DNA from: an uncultured Gammaproteobacteria bacterium
GTDB lineage: Bacteria > Patescibacteriota > Microgenomatia > UBA10105 > UBA927
Length of the DNA: 64,000 bases
Reading direction: 5' to 3'
NCBI GenBank assembly: GCA_964553825.1
Contig: CAZKLT010000004.1
Coordinates: 3,137-67,136 of the forward strand
Position numbers and translations under genes: made by a program. Under the pieces are notes generated by a model that did not search any database, had not been told where the DNA came from, and saw only the letters and a list, made by a program, of their open reading frames with translations. Positions 27,733 through 37,344 of this stretch are shown one piece after another (the stretch's first letter is position 1; every line of letters starts with the position of its first letter).

Positions 27733-30459
27733 TCACTGCAATTCCATGAGCCGCTGGTCTCCCTCGGGACTGGACGGATCCAGCTGTTTGAATGTGAGGT
27801 ACGCCTTTCTCGCTTCGTCTGTTCTTCCGATTTTCGCATAGAGGTCTCCCAGGCTGATATACGCACGCGGCTTGATTTCATCGTCTGTTGTGGCTAAAAG
27901 AAGATACCGCTCCGATTCTCCGTACCGGTTTGCGTTCATATACATGCTGCCCAAAGCCAGCCAGGCCTGTGCTTTGAAGGGGGTCTCAAGACACCGCTTG
28001 AATGTTTCCTCTGCAAGGTCGTAATTTCCCTGCTGAAGGTATACATTGCCCAGGCCTATATAGCCGTTTCCCTGCGGGTTGATAGCTATTGCCTTTTGAA
28101 GCGGAATTATAGCATCGTCAAGTCGTCCCATCTGCAGGTAGAGATTTCCAAGTCCTTGAAATCGATCTGCCTTCGGATTTATTGCGATTGCCTTGTGTAT
28201 CGTTTCCTCAGCGAGGGAAAATTGCCGGGTTTGCACATAGAGTTCTGCCAAGCCGGTATACAGATCCGTATTGGGATCCACCTCAAGCGCTTTTGTGTAG
28301 TAGCGTTCGGACTCCTCGTACCGGCGCATGCGAAGGTAGAGGTCGCCGAGGGCAGCGTATAGTCCTGCGTATGTTGGGTCTATGGCAAGCCCCTGTCGCA
28401 GTACTTGTTCGGCAGAATCGAACTGACGGTATTGCATATAGAGATATGAGATCCCAAACAGCATGCCGGTATCCCGCGGGTTAATCTGAAGGGCACGCGT
28501 AAATGCTTGCTGCGAGTCGTCATGACGGCGAAGGACGCGGTACAGTTTGCCCAGATCGAAATACGCGCCGGTGTCGTGAGGGTTCAGTCTGATGGCGGTA
28601 AGAAAAAACCGTTCAGCTTGCGCATATTCACCACGCGTATATGAGACGCGTCCAAGTCCTGTGTATGCACCGCTATTTTCGGGATTATGTGCCAGGGACC
28701 TGGTGAATGCTTCCTGTGCCTGAGTAAGCTGGTTAAGCTTGATATGGGCATTGCCAAGTCCGTTTAACAACTCGGTTGCCATGGGATCATCCATGACACC
28801 GCTTGCATAGGCGTCAGCAGCTTTTTGAAATTGTTGTTGCGCGAAATATTCGTTGCCCAAAACGAGGAAGCGGTGTGCGGTTTCATCCCGAACAAAAAGA
28901 ATGATCGGATAGGTCATGTGTGTGGAGATACTGCGCAAGGGCACATACGGCATGCGTTCCATAATGTACGGTGCACAGGCCGACCGGGCTTGTTGCTGAT
29001 CCTCGCGAGATAATCCCACACAAGATACGAATAAGTAGTCGGTTTTTTCTGGAAGGATAAGCAATCCTTTATAGATATCCGTAGAAACCAGTTTTGATCC
29101 GGTTTTCTCTTCCAGCAGATGCCAGAAAAAGTATCCATAGTTAAGGCTGTATTCCTGCAAGGCGGCGACCTGTTGGACTTTGAAAGTATACACGGCATAG
29201 GTAGGCTTCGAATCGCCACGTTTCGGCAGCAGCGCAATCTCCCGGCGTACTAATTCTGCTGCCTGCTGTGCGGCAGGGTAGGGACGCTTCTTTTCCCACC
29301 GGAATCCGTCAGACTGCGAAAAGAGCATGAAGCCGGCAAGCGCGGCAGCAGCGATACGCAGCAGCGGATGGTGAGCCGAAAGCATATCCGACAGCACCAG
29401 CGCAGTTACAATACTGCCGAAGCCGAGGGCAAGATGCAGATAGTGTTCGGACGGCGCCAGGGAGAAGATCGGCATGATTAGAAGAGGAATAAGCGACAAT
29501 GCGAGCACGGCGAGGATGCTATTTCTTTCCCGCGCTGCTTTCCCGCGAAGGATCACAAACGCACTGAAAAAGTATAAAAGTCCCATCATCAGCTGGGATA
29601 GCGAAATAGATCCGATAGTCCCGGGATAAGGGAAAAGGAACATGCCGTACAGACGTGCGTATGTCTGGAGTCCCTGCAAATACTGTGGAAGCGTAGGGGT
29701 CAGAAGTTCTGAAAATTGATTCAAAGTAAATGAGCGATGAAACGCAAGTGACCAGGCGACACTGCCAAACGCAAGGCTGATACAGCACGCAGCAACTGCA
29801 GCTGTTTTTCGGTACGCATTGGCATGTGCAGGAAGGCGGCGAAGCACAATGAGGACGCCAATGATGTACACGGGGATATATGCGACCGATGAAAGGTATA
29901 GTCCCGTTGCAGCGACGAAGGCGGCAACGCTCCCAAGAAGAAAACCAAGTTTTCGCGATAGCCATGCCTGAACAAGCAGCGCGATGCTCACCATAAAAAG
30001 GGGCTGCATCACATACGGTTGGAAGAAAAACCTGGATGACCGCATGCCCCACGCGGAAAGGCTGATGAAAAGTACGCTAAGGAATGCCGCACGTATACCC
30101 AATACGCGTCTGACTATTTCCCAGATCGTAAAAGCCATCAGTCCCTGCATGGCTATATTCAAGGCGTTTAGGGTGAAAATACTGTTCCAGAGCATGAGGG
30201 GTACAGCCAGAAAATAGTAGTACAGTGGGCTGTTTATGGGTGCTTTTCCCTCAAAGGCTGTGGTGCCCACCAACGGGAATTCACCGTGCTTTATGATATG
30301 GGAAGCCACGAGATACTCCAGTGACGGATCTACCGTGTTGGGGTCAGGATAATTGAATAGGTACAGGTATGAGCGCAGGATGAGAGTGCCTGCGAGAAGT
30401 GTAATTAGTGCTTTGGTTGACAGTGTCATAGGGATGGTGTCATCATTTCTGAAATGCAC
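27733..30459 (-). CDS. GT-C membrane glycosyltransferase fused to a long TPR array
   Basis: The N-terminal half has D...YL.A..I...G.FPL.G, SPLYYY and TM segments. The C-terminal ~370 aa has about 10 TPRs (AY.GLG, A...NP). Start may be Met11 (30429). Confidence 0.8.
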   Translation of the reverse strand: MHFRNDDTIPMTLSTKALITLLAGTLILRSYLYLFNYPDPNTVDPSLEYLVASHIIKHGEFPLVGTTAFEGKAPINSPLYYYFLAVPLMLWNSIFTLNALNIAMQGLMAFTIWEIVRRVLGIRAAFLSVLFISLSAWGMRSSRFFFQPYVMQPLFMVSIALLVQAWLSRKLGFLLGSVAAFVAATGLYLSSVAYIPVYIIGVLIVLRRLPAHANAYRKTAAVAACCISLAFGSVAWSLAFHRSFTLNQFSELLTPTLPQYLQGLQTYARLYGMFLFPYPGTIGSISLSQLMMGLLYFFSAFVILRGKAARERNSILAVLALSLIPLLIMPIFSLAPSEHYLHLALGFGSIVTALVLSDMLSAHHPLLRIAAAALAGFMLFSQSDGFRWEKKRPYPAAQQAAELVRREIALLPKRGDSKPTYAVYTFKVQQVAALQEYSLNYGYFFWHLLEEKTGSKLVSTDIYKGLLILPEKTDYLFVSCVGLSREDQQQARSACAPYIMERMPYVPLRSISTHMTYPIILFVRDETAHRFLVLGNEYFAQQQFQKAADAYASGVMDDPMATELLNGLGNAHIKLNQLTQAQEAFTRSLAHNPENSGAYTGLGRVSYTRGEYAQAERFFLTAIRLNPHDTGAYFDLGKLYRVLRRHDDSQQAFTRALQINPRDTGMLFGISYLYMQYRQFDSAEQVLRQGLAIDPTYAGLYAALGDLYLRMRRYEESERYYTKALEVDPNTDLYTGLAELYVQTRQFSLAEETIHKAIAINPKADRFQGLGNLYLQMGRLDDAIIPLQKAIAINPQGNGYIGLGNVYLQQGNYDLAEETFKRCLETPFKAQAWLALGSMYMNANRYGESERYLLLATTDDEIKPRAYISLGDLYAKIGRTDEARKAYLTFKQLDPSSPEGDQRLMELQ

Positions 30460-30474
30460 TCATGATAATACGTT

Positions 30475-32073
30475 ATGAAGCGATTGCCTATACACGGACT
30501 GTTGGTTTTTTTCCTGATTATTTTTGGCATTGTGAACCGTGCCGGCCGTTTGGATATCGCGTTTGATCCAGAGGATACGCATCTTGATTATCTTGCGGCA
30601 CATCAGATGGTACGCTATGGACAGATTCCGCTGTCGGGATCAGGGAATCCTGTACTTATCGATAGCCCTTTATATTATTACATTACTGCAGCGTTTGTTA
30701 CGCTGAACGATAGCCTCCTGTTTCTGTCCATCGTGAACTTTGTCGTTATCCAGCCGATTCTGTTTGTGCTTTTTTACGCTTTGGCAAGCGCGCTGTTTGG
30801 CAAGTGGGTCGGCGTGTTTGCCGTAGCTCTTGCGGTTACCAGCTTTGAGTACGTTGCGATGGGTAGTTACTTTTTCCAAACGAACGTCATGCAGGTTTTC
30901 GCCAACGCGTCGTTTCTGTGTCTTGCCCTTGCATGGCGGCACAAACGCAAGGCACTGCTCGCCGCCAGCGTTGTGTTGTTGGCTATAGCGCTGACGATCC
31001 ATCACTCGGTGCTGGCGTTGTTGCCGCTTTTCGGGTTGCTCACTTTCAGGCTTATACCGCGCGCTCAGCGGGCTGCTGAATCGGTCCGGCTGGGGGCGCT
31101 CTGGCTGGGTTTTGTTTCCCTTTTCCATATCCCGGTGCTGATGCTGTTTCAAGCCGAGCCCGCATCCCTGGAGCGCGTGGCTGGCAGCGTATCGGCAGGG
31201 TACATAGGCTCCCCGGATGAATACGTAGGAAAATTTTTTGCCAATCTCCTGCAGTTTGTGTACGCGTTCTCGCTTCGATGGGTTGACAACGCACAAGTCG
31301 TAAATGGTGCATTACTGCTTCTTCTTGTCCTCGGTGGCGTTCAGTTCTTCAGACGGTCTTCTGCACCGCAACGGATGATTCTGGGTATTATGATTGCAGG
31401 AATCCTGCAGCTTGTGCTGCTTGCATCGCTGCTTCGTGTGGGAGTCTGGAATTTCACGTTTACGTCGTTGGCAGGCATCTATCTGATAACAGTTAGTGCC
31501 GTTGTGTTGCGGTGGTTTTCCGGCGGACTGCTGTCAAAAGCTATAGGCATCGCCTCTGTCGTCGCGGTGATGTATGCCTTTTCCAATGCCGGATACCTTA
31601 TGGGCGCTCCGGTATATCCACGGCTGTGGAGGTGGCAGCTGACCCAGGAATCTCTTGCCGCCATTTCGCTCACCGTTGAAAATATCCGCCAAGCGGAAAA
31701 TCGGCACGACGTGTCTTTTTTCCAGATTGAACGAGTCCATCGCAAGCCCTCGGGCGGACTGTTTGTGGATGTGTATTCGCCGGCGGGAATTCAGATTATT
31801 GCCGATTTGCTTTACTGGCCAGCCTTGCAGCAGCGGTTCGAACAGCCATTTGTCCGCATGGAGAAAGACGGATATTTCCCGACAATCCTCAATACGGATG
31901 ATTATGTTTTTGTCATTTGTGATTCAACCAGGGCGACATTTTTGGGGAGCGAGGATTGTCTCGTCCGGTATCTGTCCGATCGACCGAGCCGTACCTTCGT
32001 GCGTCATGTGTATGCATCAGAACTTATCACCGTGGAGCTTGTACGAAGAAGTGATGTCGCCAGGAGATTCTGA
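30475..32073 (+). CDS. GT-C membrane glycosyltransferase, paralog of the N-terminal half of 27733..30459
   Basis: D..LDYLAA.....G.IPL.G, IDSPLYYY and S.FFQ..VMQ.F are shared with the divergent neighbour. Confidence 0.75.
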   Translation: MKRLPIHGLLVFFLIIFGIVNRAGRLDIAFDPEDTHLDYLAAHQMVRYGQIPLSGSGNPVLIDSPLYYYITAAFVTLNDSLLFLSIVNFVVIQPILFVLFYALASALFGKWVGVFAVALAVTSFEYVAMGSYFFQTNVMQVFANASFLCLALAWRHKRKALLAASVVLLAIALTIHHSVLALLPLFGLLTFRLIPRAQRAAESVRLGALWLGFVSLFHIPVLMLFQAEPASLERVAGSVSAGYIGSPDEYVGKFFANLLQFVYAFSLRWVDNAQVVNGALLLLLVLGGVQFFRRSSAPQRMILGIMIAGILQLVLLASLLRVGVWNFTFTSLAGIYLITVSAVVLRWFSGGLLSKAIGIASVVAVMYAFSNAGYLMGAPVYPRLWRWQLTQESLAAISLTVENIRQAENRHDVSFFQIERVHRKPSGGLFVDVYSPAGIQIIADLLYWPALQQRFEQPFVRMEKDGYFPTILNTDDYVFVICDSTRATFLGSEDCLVRYLSDRPSRTFVRHVYASELITVELVRRSDVARRF

Positions 32074-32093
32074 TGCGGCTCGGTACAATTTAA

Positions 32094-33608
32094 TTATTTT
32101 TCTAAGGCATAGAATGATGCCGTAAGGTGTTCGACAGGGGCGAAGTCATCCGTTAACAGCAATTCTCGGGATGGTGCGACAGGTCCATCGTACCGGTGCA
32201 ACAGATAGCCGGCCAATTCCTGATTATCCGTTGTCCACGATGGGGCTATCGACGATGACTGTGCAATAAGGACGATATTCTGGATGATGTCCGTTCGGGT
32301 CGGATCCAACACAGGGAACGCAAATACCTGCGGGAATATATGGGCATAGGTTGCCCGTTGCGCCCGGAAAAATGCACTATGCACGCCCTGTGGCGCCGAA
32401 ATCATGTTAACGACGATGACGCCGCCGGGATTGAGAATATTCCGCAGGGCTCGTGCCCACTCTATAGTTGTCAGGTGAAAGGGGATGGAATACTGCGGGT
32501 CAAACGCGTCAATAAATACCGCATCGTATCGGTGTGGCGTGGAATGGACGAACAAACGTGCATCCGTCGCATACGTGGCAATCGCAGGATATTCGTTCAG
32601 GTGAAAGTATGATCTGGCGATATCAACAAGCTGTCCGTCTATCTCCACGACATCGAGTCGTTTTTCCGGATTGCGCCGGATGAAATCCTTCGGAAATGAA
32701 TATCCTCCCGCCCCGATAACCAGTGCCCGCTGGATTGCGGGATTGAAATGGAAGGCCAATCGGAAAAACTTGAGATACGGGGCAACAAGGTCAGTATCCG
32801 CATCCAGAAACATGCTGGATTGGGATCCGTATGGGCTGGTTTGAAGGTAGCGTACCGGTTTGCCGGTTTGCCGGTCGGTCTGGTCTCGGATAAGGTATCG
32901 CCCATAGCGTGTGTCTATATCTGCGATAGCCCCGGGCCAGCTGGTGAGCGCGGGCGTTTTCCACGCGGCGAACATGGCGGCTACCCCCGCCCATAGAAAC
33001 GAAACAATGACGATTTTGGAAAGACGGTTTGGAGCCCACGCAAGGGCGAGTGCGCAGAGGATGACCGCCAACAGAAGAAGCGTTTTAGCATTCCCCAGGG
33101 CGGCAATCAGATAAAAACCCGCAAGAAACGTCCCGGCAATGCTGCCTACGGTGGAGCTGGCGTACATACGGGCAACGGTAACTCCGGCATTCGTCAGCGA
33201 ATGGAGGGCAAGACGCGTGGTATACGGCAGCACTATACCCAGGGCAACGGTGGGCAAGCCAAAGAGGAGAAGCGTGGCCAGTATCGAGCGCACCCGGATA
33301 TCGCCGATACTGCTGTTTATCGCCAGAAGCAGTCCGGGGGCGAGAAACGCACTCAGCGTGAGGCTAATGGACGCTCCAAGCAGGATCCACTGGAGAATGT
33401 CCGTTTTTCGCCGGTCAGCAAGTCTGCCGCCGAGTTCGTATCCGACTGCCAGCGTAGCCATGATTGTGCCGATAATGGCTGTCCACGCGACCAGGGAGGA
33501 GCCTATGGCCGGAGCCAGCACCCGGCTTGCGGTAAGCTCAAGCATCATCACGACGGCACCTGTCGTGCCTGCTGTAGCTTCAAGCTTGATACCTGAAGGA
33601 GGCGTCAT
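32094..33608 (-). CDS. Fused MFS-like TM / spermidine-synthase-like methyltransferase
   Basis: N-terminal G...M.LE....R.LAP..GSS...W TM domain, followed by LVIG.GG, VVEID, DAR.F, YD.VF.DAF, P.HL.T.E and LTDDFAPVE. Likely start 33608; the track ORF extends to 33620. Confidence 0.88.
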   Translation of the reverse strand: MTPPSGIKLEATAGTTGAVVMMLELTASRVLAPAIGSSLVAWTAIIGTIMATLAVGYELGGRLADRRKTDILQWILLGASISLTLSAFLAPGLLLAINSSIGDIRVRSILATLLLFGLPTVALGIVLPYTTRLALHSLTNAGVTVARMYASSTVGSIAGTFLAGFYLIAALGNAKTLLLLAVILCALALAWAPNRLSKIVIVSFLWAGVAAMFAAWKTPALTSWPGAIADIDTRYGRYLIRDQTDRQTGKPVRYLQTSPYGSQSSMFLDADTDLVAPYLKFFRLAFHFNPAIQRALVIGAGGYSFPKDFIRRNPEKRLDVVEIDGQLVDIARSYFHLNEYPAIATYATDARLFVHSTPHRYDAVFIDAFDPQYSIPFHLTTIEWARALRNILNPGGVIVVNMISAPQGVHSAFFRAQRATYAHIFPQVFAFPVLDPTRTDIIQNIVLIAQSSSIAPSWTTDNQELAGYLLHRYDGPVAPSRELLLTDDFAPVEHLTASFYALEK

Positions 33609-33662
33609 AGTCTGTATCATAGCACGCGGGGCGCGTCCCGAAGCGAAATAAGCCTATAGCAT

Positions 33663-33691
33663 TTGACGTGCATTGTGGCATAGGGTACAAT
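33663..33691 (+). promoter_or_regulatory. Sigma70-type promoter
   Basis: TTGACG (33663-68), a 17-nt spacer, then TACAAT (33686-91). Confidence 0.6.
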
Positions 33692-33752
33692 AGGGTAGTC
33701 GATCGCACATTGACATGTTGCACGACAGGCGGAACGCCACAGGCGTGAAATA

Positions 33753-33778
33753 CCCCGTGAGGCACGGGGATTTTTTTT
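33753..33778 (+). terminator. Intrinsic terminator or attenuator hairpin in the leader
   Basis: CCCCGTG-AGG-CACGGGG-A-TTTTTTTT. Confidence 0.7.
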
Positions 33779-33983
33779 GCGTGTTTGGCTATACGCCTAT
33801 CGGTTTATCACGAAGTAAGAAAAGGGCGGCAGTAAGTCTTGGATGTGATCCAGGATTTTCCGCCGCTCTTTGAGAGGGTGGTCATCGCGAGTTTAAAGGA
33901 GCAAAAACGGGGGAGAGTAACGGAAGAAAAAAGAGTAAAAAGCGATTCCGGACGGACGTCCGGAGAAGGAAAAAGAGGTAAGA

Positions 33984-34982
33984 ATGGCTACAGTAAAGAA
34001 AGGCCACCCAAGTAATTTCCAGTTCGTATGGCGCGTGGGGTTAGTTTTGACGGCTATCCTGTTTGTTGTGCCCGTGCTTTTCCTGGCGGTCAACGCGCAG
34101 GAGCCTCCTGTCCCATACAACCCACCCGTGATTTTAGAGGCGACTGACACGGCTACGACGATGCCTGTGGCGACTGACACGGTTGAGCCCACCAACACGG
34201 TGCCGGCGGTAACGCCCACCTCAACCCGCATCCCGTGTCCACCTGTCGGCGAGCCTGCAGTTTACGGGGAAATCCGGGTTGTGTACCACGAGAGCGTGGG
34301 GGTGGATGCGTGTAATCTCATCCAGCGGTATGTTTCTCTAACCAATGAGAAGTTTTCTGCCATGGGATACGAGACTGGACCAATAGAGGTGGCAGTATTC
34401 ACCACTGTTGACGCCGTCACGGATTATACGTATGAAAAAGCCCGTTTGGCTGGGTGCAATCCTGACAGCAAGGACATCATCAGGTCCCAATGGACTCGTG
34501 GCGGCGCCATGAGTACGCACGGTGTCGCGTTGTTCATGACCACCGGATGGTGGAATGAAAATCCCTTGAACGAGCGGATTGTGGCTGTCGTCCATGAAAC
34601 AACACACGTGGTTCAGGGTAACTATGCCGGAAGCTGTGCGCGTAGCTGGCAAGTGCCAGATTGGTATTCCGAGGGACAGGCGCAGTATTTTGGCCGGCTT
34701 TTTGAATCCCAGTGGGGAATTATGCCGGCGGATATACGCTCGAATCTCTTGGGGTGCCGCGGACAGTTATCCAATCTATCCGGTGATTGCCTATACATGC
34801 AGGGGGAGCAAGCATTTGTTCTCCTTGCTCACCTTTATGGTGAGAAAAGCATGGATGTCTGGGTAAAGTTCGCCGAGGGAAAGTCGTTCAACACGGCTTT
34901 CTACGAAACATACGGCACAAGCGTCTCCCAGTTTTCAAGTGACTTTGATGCTTATGTCAAGGGAGGCTACCGTTTGCCGTAA
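33984..34982 (+). CDS. Secreted zincin (HEXXH) metallopeptidase-like protein
   Basis: Signal/TM helix, Pro/Thr linker, then HETTH followed by P.W.SEG.A.Y (gluzincin-type third ligand). Confidence 0.72.
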   Translation: MATVKKGHPSNFQFVWRVGLVLTAILFVVPVLFLAVNAQEPPVPYNPPVILEATDTATTMPVATDTVEPTNTVPAVTPTSTRIPCPPVGEPAVYGEIRVVYHESVGVDACNLIQRYVSLTNEKFSAMGYETGPIEVAVFTTVDAVTDYTYEKARLAGCNPDSKDIIRSQWTRGGAMSTHGVALFMTTGWWNENPLNERIVAVVHETTHVVQGNYAGSCARSWQVPDWYSEGQAQYFGRLFESQWGIMPADIRSNLLGCRGQLSNLSGDCLYMQGEQAFVLLAHLYGEKSMDVWVKFAEGKSFNTAFYETYGTSVSQFSSDFDAYVKGGYRLP

Positions 34983-35002
34983 ATCGTGATGACCGATACC
35001 AA

Positions 35003-35055
35003 AACCCGGGGAGCGAGTTTGCTCCAACTTGTTCCCTGGGTTCGTATCATTTTTT
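35003..35055 (+). terminator. Intrinsic terminator after the peptidase gene
   Basis: AACCCGGGGAGCGAGTT...AACTTGTTCCCTGGGTT hairpin followed by a T-run at 35050-55. Confidence 0.55.
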
Positions 35056-35079
35056 CGTATTTGTGATACGATAAATATT

Positions 35080-35637
35080 ATGGATGTGCAACAGTCGCAA
35101 TCACCACCAGGTGTACCACAACAACCAATACAGCCAATACAAGCACCGCCTCCTCCCGTCCCTGTCCAACCGCAGGCACCGCCTCCCACAACCGTGCAGG
35201 AGCAGCCGGTGAATGTTCACAAACGTTCCTCCCTGGGTATGTGGCTTTCTATCGCTTTTTTTATTCTTCTGGTTATCGCCGGGAATGTGTATATATTTCT
35301 TCCAAGAAGTGAGATTGATGTAGCAAATCCGGCACCCGGACGGACAATTCATGTGAACAAATTGTTTCTAACCAAGCCGGGCTGGCTGATCATCAGCCAT
35401 GTTTCAGTCGTGGAAGGAGTTACCGAGATTGCCGTTACTGCGCTCTTGGGACCGGAAGATTATCGTGATTTTGACCTGCCGCTTATGAGCGACGCGCTGG
35501 ATTTGGCGTCAGGGGATTTACTCTACGCAACACTGTATGAGGATACGAATGGCAATGAGGGATATGACTCGCGTATTGATAAGCCCATGCGAGATGCGTT
35601 ATTTCGCCCCATTCGCGTCAGCGTACGGGTTCAGTGA
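35080..35637 (+). CDS. Membrane-anchored DUF7282-like protein, copy 1 (Pro/Gln-rich N-terminus)
   Basis: PQ-rich tail and TM, then PG.TI.V....L..PGWL.I...LYEDT.GN..YD...D.PM. Likely start 35080. Confidence 0.65.
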   Translation: MDVQQSQSPPGVPQQPIQPIQAPPPPVPVQPQAPPPTTVQEQPVNVHKRSSLGMWLSIAFFILLVIAGNVYIFLPRSEIDVANPAPGRTIHVNKLFLTKPGWLIISHVSVVEGVTEIAVTALLGPEDYRDFDLPLMSDALDLASGDLLYATLYEDTNGNEGYDSRIDKPMRDALFRPIRVSVRVQ

Positions 35638-35709
35638 TTGTCCGTACAGGTATGCAGGGTGGGGGTGATTGTGTGTGAAGTATCGTAATACCAAAACATC
35701 CTGAGTGTT

Positions 35710-36171
35710 TTGGGCGCACCGTCAGCTCTTACTATGCAGGCGTCACGACCGATTGCGCAAAAAACTACCTGGTTTATCCCCATTGGGATAGCCAGCGTTT
35801 TCCTCGTATTGCTGGCTGGCTGGTTTATGGCCACTGCGCGAAGTTCCGTGCGGATTCAGGATCAAAAACCCGGACGAACCATCCGGGTGGCCGAACTTTC
35901 CCTTGCGCGTCCCGGCTGGCTGGTGGTCAACCGTGTGAATTTGACAGGCGGCGACGATGAAATTGCTGCTACACCTCGCTTAACGCCCGAGCAGTATAGA
36001 GAGTTTGATATTTCCCTGAAGGATGGGATGCCAGATCTTGCAACGGGGGATTTTTTGTTTGCTGTATTATATGAAGATCGCGATGGAAATAAACTGCTTG
36101 ATACTCTGGTTGATCGACCTATGAACAACCGCTGGGGCAGGCCGATACGTATCTTATTGCGCGTCAAATAA
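35710..36171 (+). CDS. Membrane-anchored DUF7282-like protein, copy 2
   Basis: IQDQKPGRTIRV.ELSL.RPGWLVV...LYED.DGN..LD..VD.PM, a close paralog of copy 1. Start may be ATG 35734. Confidence 0.65.
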   Translation: MGAPSALTMQASRPIAQKTTWFIPIGIASVFLVLLAGWFMATARSSVRIQDQKPGRTIRVAELSLARPGWLVVNRVNLTGGDDEIAATPRLTPEQYREFDISLKDGMPDLATGDFLFAVLYEDRDGNKLLDTLVDRPMNNRWGRPIRILLRVK

Positions 36172-36173
36172 TG

Positions 36174-36875
36174 TTAGAAGATAGTCGTGTTTGGAAGCAT
36201 TTCCTGGAGAGTAGTGTAGGTTGCGGCGTCGATAGCATTTCCTCCCAGATACAGGTAGCGCAGGTTTGTGAGGCGAGACAATTCCTCAGGGAGCGTGGTG
36301 AGTCTGTTGCTACGCAGATCCAACGACGTTAATGCTGCCAGATCGCCGATCGTAGCCGGGAGATGGGTAATTGCGTTGTTGTTCAGTCGAAGCGTAACGA
36401 GTGCAGTCAGTTTCCCGATTTCGGGGGGGAGTTCTGTAAGCTTGTTGAACGGTAGTTCTAACGCGGTCAAACCGACGAGGTCACCGATTTGCGCAGGCAT
36501 CTGCGCCATCTGCGTATTGCTGACGCGAAGAAACGTGAGCGATGAGAGAAGTCCAATTTCCTGAGGGAGGTGCCGGAAAGAGGCGCTTTCTATGGTTAGC
36601 CGCTCAAGGGCAATGAGCGTGGCGATTTCTGCTGGAAGCATCTCTACAGTATCTTGCGGTGAAATATTGAGATCCTTCAGGTGCGGATTTTCGGCGATGA
36701 TCGCAGCGAGGCGCGCAGTGTCTGTCGGCTGCTGTAGTTGCCCCTGCGAGATGGTGGTGCCGCCAAAATGTGCAAACCGTGCGGCAAGATGCGGCGTAAG
36801 CTGCACCAGGCTGATAATCGCAGCTGCAAGCGATATGATGATGACCAGGGCACTGAGTGTGCGGCGTGCTGTCAT
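36174..36875 (-). CDS. Signal-anchored leucine-rich repeat protein
   Basis: N-terminal TM, then 23-aa LRRs (LPPEIGKLTALVTLRLNNNAI, LPATIGDLAALTSLDLRSNRL). Confidence 0.9.
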   Translation of the reverse strand: MTARRTLSALVIIISLAAAIISLVQLTPHLAARFAHFGGTTISQGQLQQPTDTARLAAIIAENPHLKDLNISPQDTVEMLPAEIATLIALERLTIESASFRHLPQEIGLLSSLTFLRVSNTQMAQMPAQIGDLVGLTALELPFNKLTELPPEIGKLTALVTLRLNNNAITHLPATIGDLAALTSLDLRSNRLTTLPEELSRLTNLRYLYLGGNAIDAATYTTLQEMLPNTTIF

Positions 36876-36912
36876 TGACAGTATTTAGTATAGCATGTAA
36901 GACTAAGACTGC

Positions 36913-37344
36913 ATGATGCGGTGGATTGTCATTGGTTTTTGCTGGCTTGTTGCGCTTGCAGCACAGGGCGCGCGTTGGAGCCTGCAGCAGTCTGCCATAG
37001 CTGTCCATGACCAGCCCATCGGGGATACGGTTGTTGTGGATCGCGCGCGTACACCTGAACCAGGTGTTTTGGCTGTTGTAAACTCCCTTTACGGCAAGCC
37101 CTATTTTGAGCATATCCTTGATCAGGTAGACCTTCCCCGCGCGGGGACATATACACAGGTACAGATGTCAATCGCACAATATTCGCTCGGTTCTTCCCAG
37201 GCGCCCGAAGGCACAGAGGGGATATTGTCTCCAGGAAGCCTTGTCTATGCCGTGCTTATGGTTCCTAAGGCGCCGGGAGAAACACCGGAGCCGATGCGTG
37301 ATATTACCGGAAAACCGCTTGCCCACCCATTTCGATTACAGTAG
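36913..37344 (+). CDS. Secreted DUF7282-like protein, copy 3 (divergent)
   Basis: Signal peptide, then VHDQPIGDTVVV..A..PEPGVLAV...GTY...LVYAVL...PMRD..G.P. Confidence 0.55.
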   Translation: MMRWIVIGFCWLVALAAQGARWSLQQSAIAVHDQPIGDTVVVDRARTPEPGVLAVVNSLYGKPYFEHILDQVDLPRAGTYTQVQMSIAQYSLGSSQAPEGTEGILSPGSLVYAVLMVPKAPGETPEPMRDITGKPLAHPFRLQ

